A stretch of DNA of 64,000 nucleotides from Amoebidium appalachense. Lineage: Eukaryota > Protista > Ichthyosporea. The notes beneath the pieces were generated by a model. That model worked only from the letters and a program-made list of their open reading frames with translations. It ran no database searches and was not told the DNA's origin. Positions 12,318 to 38,917 of this stretch are shown here, piece after piece. The stretch covers positions 4,152,159-4,216,158 of the forward strand of contig CAVNZM010000010.1 of assembly GCA_963693365.1 (NCBI GenBank), given 5' to 3'. How positions within the stretch are numbered: position 1 is the stretch's first letter; each line of letters starts with the position of its first letter. Position numbers and translations under genes: made by a program.

Positions 12318-15300
12318 ATATCTGTGTGTTTTGATACTGAATGGCACTCTGTGAATGCAGGCAAGCAACCGATGCGAAGAACAAAGTCGGGAGACATTCC
12401 CGGTCGGCAGAGAGGGAAAGGAGAGGGGGTACCAAGGACGAAAACGGAGGAAAAGGGGGAGAGGAGGAATGAAGATGCGGTTACAAAAGAAAAGGAAAAG
12501 GAAAAACAAAAAGAAAGGAATAGTCAGCTTGAAAGGACGCTTGAGAGCTTGTTTTCGGACGAGGAGGGGGTTGGTTTGTTGGGTGGTGTGGCTGGTGTTA
12601 AAAGGGAGGAAGAGATGGATGGGGTGAAAAGGGAGAAAACCGAAGTGAAAACGGATGGTGAAGAGAGAAGGGGGCAAAGGGAAGAAAAGGAAAGAAGGAA
12701 GGAAGCAAGGGTGAAGGAGGAGCCGGGAAAGGAAACGGAGGGGAGAGAAAGGGAAAAGAACGTGGAAAAGACTGAAAGGAAAAGGGAGGAAGTGTCGATG
12801 TTGCTTAAGGAACAAAAACGAAGTTCGGACGCAGAAAGGAGCGAAGATGGTGGAGTCAAGAAACACAAAAGGAAAACAGAAAGCGAGAGGGATGAAAAGG
12901 TGAAAAAAGATTCGGAAAGGGAGGGCTCGGTGGGAAAGGGTGCAAAGGAGGAAAGGGATGAGAATAGGAAACATGGAGAGGAAAGAACGAAAACGGCGAA
13001 ATGTACACACAGCCCACACCTAGGACTTCTTTCTTCTCCGAAACAACCTTTGACTCCTAGAATGACGTTCACACCGGCTAGCGAAGTTGGAACGGAGGGG
13101 AGAGCACGCACGCCCAAACAGGAAAGGGAAAGAGAAGAAACGAAAACGGAGAGGAAAAGAGAGAAGGAGGAGAGGGAGAGAGAGAAGAGCCCACGGGTTG
13201 AGAGGGAGAAGGGAGGGGTAAGGGAGAGGGAGAGGTCAAAGAGTCCGAGACCGGTAAGCGAAAAGGTGAGGGAGGCGGGGAAAGAACAGAGAGAAAAGGA
13301 AAAGGAAAAGGAGAGAGAATGCAGAGAAAAAGAGAGGGAGAAGGAGAGAAAGGAGAAGGGAAGGGAAGAGGAAAGGCAGAAAGCTTTAGACAAGGAGAGG
13401 GAGAAGGAGAAGGAAAGGGAACATAGGGAGAGAGAGAAAGAAAAAGAGAGGAGGGAAAAAGAAAGGGAACTAAGGGAGAAGGAAAAAGAAAAAGAACGAG
13501 CAAAAAAGGAGAGAGAAGAGAAAGAGAAAGGGGTGGCGAGGAAAGAGAAATTTGAAAGGGAGGAGAGGGAGCAAAGGGAGAGGCAGGAGCGGGAGAGGGA
13601 GAGAGAAAAGAGAGAAAAGGAGAGGGAGAGAGAAAAGGAAAGGGCGAGGGAGAGATCCCGCAGCCCTATGCCAGAGAAGGAGAGGGGAAAAGACAGCAAG
13701 AAAAGGGATCATAAAGAATTGTTGATGCCTGAAGGTGTGTTATCAGGGAAGGAAAAGGAAAAAGATAGGTTGCCGGTGGAGGAGGAGAAGGAAACAGGAG
13801 AAAAGGAGAGGAGGAAGGAAGGATATGTTGAGAGGGAGAGGGAGAGACAGAGAAGCCGGTCACGAAGCCCGATGCCTGACCGAAACCTCGAACGCGAGAA
13901 AGAAAACGAAAAGGATGAGTGGGAAAAGAAAACGGAGAGGGAGGAAAAGGAAAAGGAAAAGGAAAAGAGAAGGGAGGAGAAAGAGGCGAGGAGAGAAGAA
14001 CGGGAGAGGGCACGATCTAGGAGCCCTATGCCTGAGAGGGAAAAGATGGAAAAGGAAAGGGAAGAGACACGGGAGGAAAAGGAAAAACGGAGGGCGGAGA
14101 GAAAGGAAGAAAAGCGGAGACGGAGGGAGGAAAGGGCACGCCTTCACGATGCTTTGAGTCCCCACCTGTCGTCACCGACATCCGCAAACGTCGAAAAACC
14201 TGCTGCGGACGAACGCAAAAAAGATGACGAAATTTCCACGGAAATTAATAAATCCCCCCTTGTGACCCCATCCGCCAACCTCCAACCGCCCGGCCCTTCA
14301 TCGCATCGCTCTCCCCGCCCCGCTTCCCAAGGGAAACCAAGTCCGCGGTTTTCGCCCAAACACACACACACACAGGAAACACACGCTCACCTCTGCCCGG
14401 TTCCCCCGGTAGGTTCGCGTCTCTCCCCTGGCGGAAAAACGGAGAAAAGTCCAGCGTCCCCACACCGTCGTGATCTCGAACAGCCGGCCATCTCCATAGA
14501 CCCATCGTTCGCGGACATCGACTGGACGAGTACCCCCCACCGCAGCGCATTTTCGCCGATAAAACCCCCGCCCACCACTACTACTGTTGGGATTTCTCCT
14601 GCAATACCCGCACCTTCGTCGCCACCGATGACCGAACAAGTCTCGGATTTTGCACCGGCCGATATCCCCCGCGAACCCGAAAACCCCCAAATTCCGCCCG
14701 TTGTGTTTGGAACTCAAAATTTCGACCCGCCAGGAGAGGTTCCCCCCATGGACAACGTGGAATATGGGAATTTCGCAGGGGAGATACCACTGTCATCAGA
14801 GATACAACCCCAGGAAGACGGTGGGAATGTCGTATTTTCCGAAATTCCGAGCGACGCGATCGTTATTGATGTGCCGATGGACGGAAATATTTACCAGCAG
14901 CCGGCACCAGCGCCGAAACCCATTACCGAGCCCATGATTGAATCCCCACTGGTGGAGGGGATCCCGAGAGTGATTTCAGGCAAAATTCAATGGACGGCAG
15001 ACGAAATTCTGAATGGCTCCGAGCCCGTCCAATGGGAACGCACCCGCGCTAAAATTTCGGATTTGGTTCCCCCCGAAGATTTCGTGGAAGAGGTGATGGA
15101 GGAAGGGTTTGTGATCTCGGGGGGCTACGGTGGGGACACGCAGATCTGGCAGCAGCAGGAGGGGGTCTATGGGCAGGGTGAAAATTACGGCTATGACAAC
15201 CAATATTACCGGGAAAGGGCCAACTCCGACCCATTTCCGGTCAAGGGAAGGAATTCGAATATTCCGGAATCCACCGAAATTTACGAGACGGCGGCGCCCC

Positions 15301-16080
15301 CCGGCCCAATCACGCGGTTCAGCTCCGCGCCCAATCCGCAGGCGCGTTTTTCACCCGTCATGGCGGAGGTTGAGCCATCAATGACCGTTACGGCGACATC
15401 CAGCGACGATACCCCCTCGAGGCGGGAATCCCCCGATACCCTGGGGCCCATTCTTTCCGTTTTCGTCACCACCCGCGCGACCTCCAACGTCGGTCCGGGC
15501 CCGTCCCCTCTCAACCCGAACGTGCGTTCTTCGCCTTCCCCCGTATCGATGAAGGAAGCGAAGGCACCCCCCTTAAGTCCTCCCGTTCCCCCTCAACCCC
15601 AACCCTTAATGCAGGAGACGCCCACCGCCCACCTCGCCCCTCCCATGTCTCCCGCCTTGGCGTCCCCCGCGAGCCCCGTCCCCTGTAATTCTTTCGAACC
15701 CAAACTCTCCCTCCGTCGTCACTACAACAACTGCAACGACACAACCCACCAATCCTTTACAGATGCCGTCTTCACCGTTGCTCGGGATTCCATCTTCTCC
15801 GTCACTACCCACCGCACACCCGTACTCGCACCCGTTAAGCGGCGCTTTTGCGCAAAGATCGCTTTCGGAGGAGAGCGGGGGGGGTTCTTTGGGGGCCGGG
15901 GTGGAGTTGAGGGATCGTGCAAATAGTACTGGTTCGGGCACGGAGGCACACGCGGATTCAAAAGCAACGCCAACTCTGCGTGGACCAATGAAACGGCAGG
16001 GAATATCCTTCCCTGTGGTGGTGCCCAGGAGGAAGAGGGAGAAGGCTGCAGAGGCGCCGGACGCGGCGAGCAAGGAGTAG
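815..16080 (+). CDS. ARID4/RBBP1-like chromatin protein: hybrid double Tudor + RBB1NT(PWWP-like) + two Tudor-knot/chromo-barrel domains + long E/R/K-rich and S/P-rich tail
   Basis: Spliced GT-AG exons: 815-865, 1523-1681, 2374-2545, 3211-3322, 3866-3965, 4581-4669, 5790-5958, ~7125-7348, 7855-7952, 8452-~8567, 9038-9145, 9606-10397, 11114-11211, 11706-11809, 12361-16080. The N-terminus [17 protein letters not shown]|[14 protein letters not shown]...[14 protein letters not shown]|[15 protein letters not shown] resembles the ARID4A/B N-terminal Tudor (VSAKYRGAFCEAK...[20 protein letters not shown]). Chromo-barrels are YKAQV...[12 protein letters not shown] and YKAKV...[12 protein letters not shown]. 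The model needs 1-bp frame corrections near 7236, 10250 and 15670, all at C/G runs. Confidence 0.85.
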
Positions 16081-16912
16081 GTATTTCCCCAACCCACCCC
16101 CTTCCCCCCTCCCCCCTCCCCCCGCCCTCCTCCAGACACCCGCGCGCAAGCACGCACACACACAAAAGCACAAGCACAAGCATACACACACTCACAACAA
16201 AACACCGCCGTCTCTCCGTGGACAGACATTAGGTCACACACAAAAATTCACATGGCTTACACACACCACGGTTGGATCCCCGCCCCTCCCCCCCCCTCCC
16301 CCCCCCCCCCCCCCCCCGCCGCCGGGAATATCGAAAAGAAAAAATGCCCAGAACGAAGAAAGACAGGAGCGGCCTTTTGGGGGGGGGGGGGGGGGGGGGG
16401 GGGGCAGGTGTTCTATGTACGAAGAAAGGTGTTCTAAGCAGATTGATGTTTGCTTATTTCTTGATTATAACTATTTTTCTTCGCAGGTGAAGGGGACTGT
16501 TGTGTGGGCACACCACCACCTTGAGAGGCAGCAATTATGGACGCGCGTATTTCTCGTACTAGCTTTGAATTTTTGTTTTATTTTATTTTTTTAATTGGGA
16601 TAGTTGTGTGCATTGAGTTTTTCGTTGATGTGTTCTTTGTTTATTGCTTTCTTTGCTTCGATTGGTGGGCTGAGTTCTGTTCGTAGGGGTGTTTACAAAG
16701 TACTAGAATTTATAGACACGCAGTCAATGCTACACGATGCTGTGTGCGCCCACGGCATAAGAAAAAGGTGACTTCAGTGAGAATCATCGTGCATCATTTA
16801 CATCACTTCTATAACTTTTAGTTTGAAAACATGAGCAGGTTGTGAAATGAATGTGCGTGTTTTCTTATGTTTCTCGCTTCTCTTAGACCGTGTGTGTGTG
16901 ATTGGGGTTTGG

Positions 16913-16952
<40 letters not shown>

Positions 16953-17183
16953 CTTTCGAATTATATTATCTCAGGCTTTCATTGTTTTTTTCATGTCTCC
17001 CGAATGTATTCCTTCGTTGATCGAGGTGACAAGGTTGTCGTAAGCGAGTCTGTTGCCTAGGAGATATATCCCGGCATTATTCCTGAGATTTCAAGCCACA
17101 CCTGATAGTAAGCTCAGCTGCAATAACGTAATTCAGTTGATAAAGAGTCGTCTTCGCATTCTCAACAATATGTGACCATCCCC

Positions 17184-17225
<42 letters not shown>

Positions 17226-17604
17226 CTGCTCTTGTCACACGCAACGCACACACACGCACATGACACACACACCATGACATGCACGAGCACGCGCACACAA
17301 CTCCATGGCCATGACACACACACACACCACTACCAAAACCACCAAACGCAAAAACCAGAAAGAAATTCTTAAAAGGGCGTGGGGGGAAAGCACACACGTT
17401 ACACGTATACACACACACCATGTATCCCTCGCAGGTGCACCATACACATGATACCACAAACACTTGCCAGAACATGGCCATATGATCATCCAGGTCCTAT
17501 TTTTGCTGTTTTTACTCAATGTTGAGATACACTCAAAACATGAAAAGCCAAGATATCTCTCGTTCTCAGGAAATTTTGCTCTGGAGCCTTGGGTGCGTTC
17601 CGAG

Positions 17605-17653
17605 CCAATGATCTTGCGCCAAAATTGATCATGACGTCATGATTATTACGTCA
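17605..17653. promoter_or_regulatory. CRE-like palindrome with adjacent half-site and CCAAT box upstream of the SDR gene
   Basis: Perfect 16-bp palindrome ATCATGACGTCATGAT (17628-17643) containing TGACGTCA; TTACGTCA at 17646-17653; CCAAT at ~17605. Confidence 0.4.
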
Positions 17654-17740
17654 CCCCCCGTTGTTCAAGGTTGCCCTGCCCAGTCAGCCTGTGCCGGCTA
17701 CTTAGCACTGAGTCCACCGTTTGAGCCTACCACCTACTAA

Positions 17741-17771
<31 letters not shown>

Positions 17772-18415
17772 CTTAAAAGGGACATAACGTCGCACGTGCG
17801 GCAACACGTCAGTACGTGTTAGCGTTTGAGCAGCTGTTCGCAATTTGCGCACAACATGGAACTGGGCCAAACAAATTTATAGGTTTTTAGTGATAGGCCT
17901 ATAATAGTAATAATAGAGGCTCAAGCTTCACAATTTATGCGAAGGGCAGATATGCATACATTTGATGTGTTGTTTATAGCAGATTAGGGGCGTGCACACC
18001 GTATGATATGTTTCCACTCTTGGTTGAAGAGGTGCATTACGAGTTTAAGATCCTGAATTAGGCGGGAAGACACATGTACAGCGGAAAGTGTACAGCATGA
18101 GTTCCTTTTTCTTTTATTATATTTCTTGACTGGTACTATGTCATTGTTTTTAACGACGTTGTTTTAGGGGTTGGCGGGCTTTGCTGAATATTACGTGCCA
18201 AACAATCTTGTTCCGTTATGATAATGGTTTTAGCCCAACGTCGCAAACACTTTTGGCTGAGCTGAATATTTCACGTAAAATAATAGTGGTGTGTGGTAAT
18301 AACCGGAATAACTAATATAGCACACAAACAGCATACACCCGATTCAAACAACACGACATACTACCCAAGAAATAAACACAGCTAACACAGACATGAGCTC
18401 TTTCGGGCTTCAAAA

Positions 18416-19401
18416 ATGAGTTTACGTCGCCACCAACCCATGCTCATTCCTTCTTGGAGAGTAAGCATAGGGAACGACGACATCGATGAAAACGTCCTTC
18501 ATTCAACCATCGACACGACAGAGCCCTTTGACGAATGGGCACTAGCGAGCGAAGATGACTCCTACGCCCCTTTTCTCCTCTCAAACAGCGCCGGGAGTGC
18601 GAGCCACCTTAGCAGCTCTCCCTTGGGAGGCAGAAGGAGGTTTACCCTCATGCCCAAAAGACGACACAACTCACTCCTGCGTGTAAAAACATGCGAAATG
18701 CCTCGTGTGTGCGTGACGGATGCCACCAGTTTTCTCGGTTCGTGGGTGGTTTCTGTTCTATTGCAAGGCGGGTATAGGGTAAGGGGGGCAGTTTCTGCAC
18801 CTCTGAGGTACACCAACGCGCCGGCAGAATACACAAAAGTGACGCTAGAGACGGAATTGGCGGCACAGGCTCTGTGCAGACTGTCGAACGCGGATCGATG
18901 TTTGGAATTGGTTGAGGTGAACGATGTTTTTGCGTATGATGCGTATTATGAGGCGGTGAGGGATTGCGACTATGTCATCCACACGGCAATGGTGGGCAAC
19001 GGCCACATGCCGAAATGCGCCGGGGCGGACAGGGAATGGGCGCAGATGGCGATAAACGGGACTTTGAATCTTTTGCAGGCGTGCGCGAAACCGGGTAGTA
19101 AAGTGAAAAGGGTTGTGTTTAGTTCATCTATTGCGTCTGTGTGCGGTGGTGAAAGAGGGGATGATGAGGCGGAGAAGAGATACACAGGTGCTGATTGGAA
19201 CGAGGATAGGAAGGACTGGTTTGGCGGCAGTCGTGTGGCGGCGGAAAAGGCGGCGTGGGCGTATGTTGGTGGGTTGGAAAACGAGGGACCCGGCAAGCAA
19301 CTACACAGGTGAGGATTTATGTTTTTTGCTTCTGGTGATCTCATTTTATTGTGTTGACTGAAAGGAGAAGCTGGGGTGGGGGGTGTTTGCCTGGGGAGGG
19401 G

Positions 19402-19434
<33 letters not shown>

Positions 19435-19526
19435 TGGGACATGTGTGTGGGGGGAGGGGGGGGGGGGGGGGGGGGGGGGACCACCCCGGCAGGTTCGAGG
19501 GTGGGTTGAGGGGGAAAATGGGAGCT

Positions 19527-19557
<31 letters not shown>

Positions 19558-20246
19558 CTGGACGGACGGAGAGGGAGAAGGGAGATGGTAAGGGCGTAGA
19601 GAACAGGAGAGGAGACGGGGGGGGGGGGGGGGGGGGGGGGACGGTAAAAGAGGGAGGTTAAGGGTGGGAGGAAGAAGGGAGGGGAGGGGGGGGGGGGGGG
19701 GGGGGGGGGGGATGGATGTATACGGTTGGGCTTGTGTTGGTTGTTTCCATATCATGCATTTCAGGCACTCTGCACGTACGAGTTTCGGTTGTTGCAAAAA
19801 CTGGGTTGAAGGCAAAAAACATGCACAATTTTGCCATTATATCCATTAGTTGAAACTCTGTGTGCTTGCGATTTATTGTGTTTTTACTTGATCAAAGCAG
19901 GGCTGTCTGTTCTTATTTTTTCATGGGTTCTATTTGTCATTTATTATTTTTATTATTTATATTATATTTATTTATATTTATATTTATTTATTTATTATTA
20001 TTATTGTTATTTATTGTTATTTCAACGAGAATTAGATCCAAACAACCCCCCCCCCCCCCCCCCCCCCGCCCACCTCCCTCCTCCCACTCCCCTATCCTCC
20101 CATTCCCTTTCCCTACCTACCTCCCCTGCTTCCCAAAAAAAAAAAAAAAAAAAAAAAGAACACACACACAAACATACACTAGCGATTTTCGGTCAAACAG
20201 GATAAGGAAGTGGGCTGACTGGGTTTAGTCGAAATTCTATTTCTTT

Positions 20247-20280
<34 letters not shown>

Positions 20281-20341
20281 AACGAGGCTCCATGCATCCT
20301 GGGTTGTTCTTGCTTTGCCTTAGAATCAACTCTGTTATGTG

Positions 20342-20396
<55 letters not shown>

Positions 20397-20623
20397 GTGC
20401 TGGTGGTAGTTAAGGTGGGGACGGGGGGGGAGGGGGAAGGGAAATGGAGGGAGACTAAGGAACGTTTGAGAACGATTCGGCTTGCCCTTAAACCCCCTCC
20501 CCCCCTTCTCCCCCCCTCCCCCCCCCCCCCCCCCCCCCCCCTTCACCCACCACCACCACCACCACCACCACCACCACCACTCCTTTTCTTGTGGGCAACT
20601 TCCAACCCACCCACCTAACCCCC

Positions 20624-20673
<50 letters not shown>

Positions 20674-20771
20674 AAAAAAAATCCTGTTTTTCTGAACATC
20701 CGAGAAGCAGCATCAAAAGGTGCACCGGTGTGAACATATCGCGTACCCACACACGCACATGTGTGCGCGCT

Positions 20772-20826
<55 letters not shown>

Positions 20827-21481
20827 ACACACACACACGAACACACACAGGTTTGAGCTCGTCTCCGTCGTCACCGCGGCTTTTATCGGCCCCTCTCTGG
20901 ACTCGCGCTCGTGTCTGGCCGGGGGGAACCGCGACCTCCTCATGCTATGCCGGGGGTTCTATATTTTGAATTTCAAGATTTCGCTTCCTTTTGTCGACGT
21001 GAGAGACTGCGCCTTCGCGCACATGGCAGCCATGCTATCCCCCTACGCAGACGGCAAGCGGGAAATTTCCGTTGGGGGGGTCATCACCATGCATGAAATT
21101 TGTGATGTCTTGCGTAAGAGGGGATGTGTTGGGGGTAATTTCAACCTTCCCACCACCCTGCTGAGTCTCCCTAACCCCCTGGCACGGATTGTGCTAAGGG
21201 AAACTAGGAAAATGTTCCCGGAATCTTTGCTTTCGGGTCATTTTTCACATATCCGGCCCAGTTTTCCGACGAATGAGGCATGGGATTCCGCTGCACACAG
21301 TGTTACCTATCGGCCTATCCAGGAGTCCGTGTTTGACGTAGTGTGTAATTTCGTCCGGTGGGGGTTCATTGAGTTGGACAGCGGGGATCCAAAATGGGCC
21401 GACATTGTTAAAAAGGCAGGGAACATGCGTCGAAGGTCTAGCGCTAATAGTGTGAGGTCGTCAAATTTGGCCGGAATTTAA
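18416..21481 (+). CDS. Extended short-chain dehydrogenase/reductase (cinnamoyl-CoA reductase/DFR/Gre2-like NAD(P)-dependent epimerase family) with degenerate motifs
   Basis: Exons 18416-19308 and 20851-21481 joined by a phase-2 intron. Family motifs: RVCVTDATSFLGSWVV...GYRVRG, AVRDCDYVIHTA, AINGTLNLLQAC, VKRVVFSSSIASV, AEKAAW, FVDVRDCAFAH, YRPIQESVFD. Confidence 0.88.
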
Positions 21482-22147
21482 GGAAAATGTTTTGTTTTTC
21501 AGGGAAATAAGCACCGAAATTTCCTATTTCTGTACATTTCTGCAATTGCAACCACTTCCTGTTCTGAAATTTCAAGTGGTGGTGTCATTGGAGCAGTGAA
21601 GTTTCCAAATGTATCTCAACATGAAAAATTCTTATTAGCTGGTGGGGGGTTCCCGACCTGAAATTTTAGAGTAGTGACGTGCACATACGCAGCAATGCAC
21701 ACGTATGGGGATGGGCTAGATTTAAGATTTATCCGAATTTGAGATTTTCGCTCCAAAATTTTAGAAAAACCAATTTTAGCTGGTTAGTCTTCACGGCACG
21801 TGTGAAGATTTGCTGTTTTTTGGTTTTCCTTGTGGTCTAGGGGGGTTCTGGTAATAATTTTCTAACTGGCTGGAGCCGAGATTCACTCGGCCTACCCTGT
21901 ATGTGCACTGCTTTTTTAGTTTATGCTCTTCTCGGAGTAAACTAATAATTAAATGATGTGGCCATGTGAGCATTAGCGCAAAAGAACTTTTTTGTATTTT
22001 ATGATAAGAAAGAATTTCCAAGTTGTCTACTGACCGGTCTGGCATTTTTTTTTTTCCTTGAAAAATTATATGAACGTTGCACATAGCGGTGTATGCATGG
22101 TCGTGATTGATATAGTGTGTCACCTGAGACACACAAATGCCTGCACA

Positions 22148-22203
<56 letters not shown>

Positions 22204-22271
22204 CCACACAATACCTGTATGCAGGCATGCGCATTGGGCGCCCCAGATCGAGAGTGACACAATCGCACATG

Positions 22272-22311
<40 letters not shown>

Positions 22312-22586
22312 GTCATGCTTACATGCACACACACTCACATGCAGGTACAAAGGTGGGATTATTATAGAACCATTAAACTTAATTAGCCTTGTGCGCCATG
22401 GTGCTAGATATATAGTATATCAGTGTCACTCCAGGATGCGCTCACATGCACCGGTGACTCAGCTTAATATATTTGACTAATCTGAGATAGACATTTTGAA
22501 AATTGCAGGGATATATAGGCTAGGTGGTGGGTGGGTTAACGTGGTGGTGGTGGTTGTCCGGATCGAGGGGGCCCCGGGGGCGGGGG

Positions 22587-22617
<31 letters not shown>

Positions 22618-23818
22618 AGTTGACCAAGTTAAAAATCAATCAGTACCCTAAGGCACGACCGAGACTGTAATATATGTGTGTGTGTGTGTGTGTGTGTGTC
22701 TGTGTGTGTGTGTGTGTGTGTGTAGTGGAGGTAGTGGTCGCTGAAAGTTTGAGAGGTTATCTAAATAAATGTAAGACTGAAGTGATATGCAATGAATTTT
22801 TTTTTATAATGACTCTATTGATATGCTCATCAAAATAATCGCGAGATCACAGATTTGAGTGGTTATCTTGAATACATGTCAGGAGACTAAAATGGTATGC
22901 GTTGAAATTTGAGAGGTTGATCTAGTATAAAATTAATTTTGTGTACTTTTAGGGAAACAACATTCCTCCGTGTACATTTACCGTATTCGTTCGATGCTGC
23001 TTTGCTTTCCTTTTCTCGTTCTCCTCCCATCAACTAAACAGTACCTCCTCCCCCCAACAACAACAACATCAACAACAAGAAATTTAAAAAGGATGGGGGG
23101 GGGAGGGGGGGGGAGGGGGGGGGGGGGGGGGGGGGGGGGGTTGTTCACTCGGACTTATGACAAGGGCTTAGGAGTATGACCTTTAGTAATAGTATTTCCA
23201 TTTTGGACTTCAGTGAATTGTCTTTTTAAAAACTCAGGCCGGAGTCCATTGGCTTTGCATGCGTAGAGCTGCTCCTACAGTACAGATTATTTTGTTTTGT
23301 GATTGATCTCCTTCAAGTTGTGCGCACGCATGCATAACATGGTGTACATATAAATAAGTACTTGATTAGAACCTGCACACGTACGGCATAGATATGCACA
23401 CATATGCACATGTACACCACACTTAAGTGCTTTTGGTTACTAGATCTCTTACTGCATCTTTGTTAAAGCCTTTAATGAGAGAGCTCTTACTTGTTCATAT
23501 GGGTTCATGCGGTCTTCTTTGATTGATTTTTTGATTTTTTAAATTATTATTATTATTATTAATGATTTTTTTGATTGGCCGAGGGAGCGGCTAATAAACG
23601 TGCAATGACCCCACCGTGACTCGTCCTAGGCCTACATAGTTGAGACTTCAATCATTCACTGAACGGGAGCAACGCACAGAAGGCACAAACAAACTTTATC
23701 ATAAATGATACTGCATACGTCTAGATATTCGGGGAGATCGAGTTTGACTATCTTCATCAAACTTGCAGGTGTGTGCTAATTTACATTTACACATGGTACG
23801 TGCACAGGCCCAATCCCC

Positions 23819-23851
<33 letters not shown>

Positions 23852-23980
23852 CCCTATTTGCTTTCCCGGGATCTACCCACCCACCCATTACAACCACCCA
23901 TGTGTGCATGCATATCACATGTTGTAGTTCTCACGTTAATCTCGGTTTCCGCCTTATCCCGTACTCCCCCCCCCCCCCCC

Positions 23981-24015
<35 letters not shown>

Positions 24016-24488
24016 CTCAGTCTGCCGCCACCTGATCAGGTCAAACCTCCTTCCATCTGCTATGCAGCTGCTACCTACTACGCTGGTACCCAGCCAACCA
24101 ACTCAGCTCACTCAATCTAGTCTACCAATAGACAATAGAGGTTCGACTATCCAATCCAAATACAGAATCAATACTCAAGATACGCACTTTACAGGCGGGA
24201 TAGCTCTTGCGCTGTGACATGATGTATACATGTCATATCGCCCTTTACTAATAGTACTTTCCATCTCTTTCAATTTGAAAAGAGACATGTATCATGCAGT
24301 GCAGGGCAGGAAGAACATTGCACGGTCTATAGCAAGTAGACTAAGTGGTCACAACACAGAATTTGCAGAAACCATTTCTCTACGAAGAAATCCGCAGTAA
24401 AACGTTGCTGAGAAGCCCCCGTTGTGTGTGTGCATGCGCACATGTCGGTTCCCCCCTTTTCCACTCTTCCCCCCCCCCCCCTTTCCCC

Positions 24489-24530
<42 letters not shown>

Positions 24531-25390
24531 GTGTGTGTGTGTGCGTGTGCGTGCGTGCATGCGTGTGTGTGTGTGTGTGCGTGTGTGTGTGGGTGTGTGT
24601 GTGGAGGGATGAAGACAGACAGCAGTTGTGTGTATTGCAGACTGCAGACACGAAGCCATACATACAACTATCGATTATGGCATTGAATCTCGCCACTTTG
24701 ATTCCTACAACGGAGATCACCTCGCACCTGATTGGACAAAACACGCCCCAATGAAGTAAAATCAAGGGGGAGCGATTTAATTATGAAGCGGGATAAAAGG
24801 AGCCATCGGGCCCCTCTAGCGGGGGGCCCAGGCCGTTTTTTTTGTGGGGGGAGTTCCCCCCCCCCCCCCCCCCAAACATATATTTACGACCCAGACACAT
24901 AGGGTTATGGTTATTCAGTTGATGTTTGTATGTTGGTGAGTTATTATCAAATACTGTGTTTTCTAGCAGTTAATGTGAGCAACCTCCCAATACAGAGAGG
25001 CCTCAGTCGTACGGACCTAATAGTATCTCCTCCACTTAAGTACTTCCCCTTGCACACACTCGTCTCTACCGCCTAGTGGATACATAGTACAAATGTACTT
25101 TATACCATCATCTATTCATTTACTTAGATGATAGCGCCAACCATTCGATTCCAGAAAAATACCCACTAAGATTTCATTTACATCATATCAAGAGCGCTAA
25201 AACATCCCCCCCCCCCCCCCCCTCCCCCCCCCCCCTCCTCCCCCTGCCCTGCCCTTCCCCCCCCCCCCCCCTCCCCTCCCTCCCACCCTCCCCCCCCCCC
25301 CCCCCCTCACCTCCCCTTCATCCCCCTACCCACCAATACACACACACACACACACACACAAAAACCTATCTCCATTCTCCATTCATACAT

Positions 25391-38917
<13,527 letters not shown>

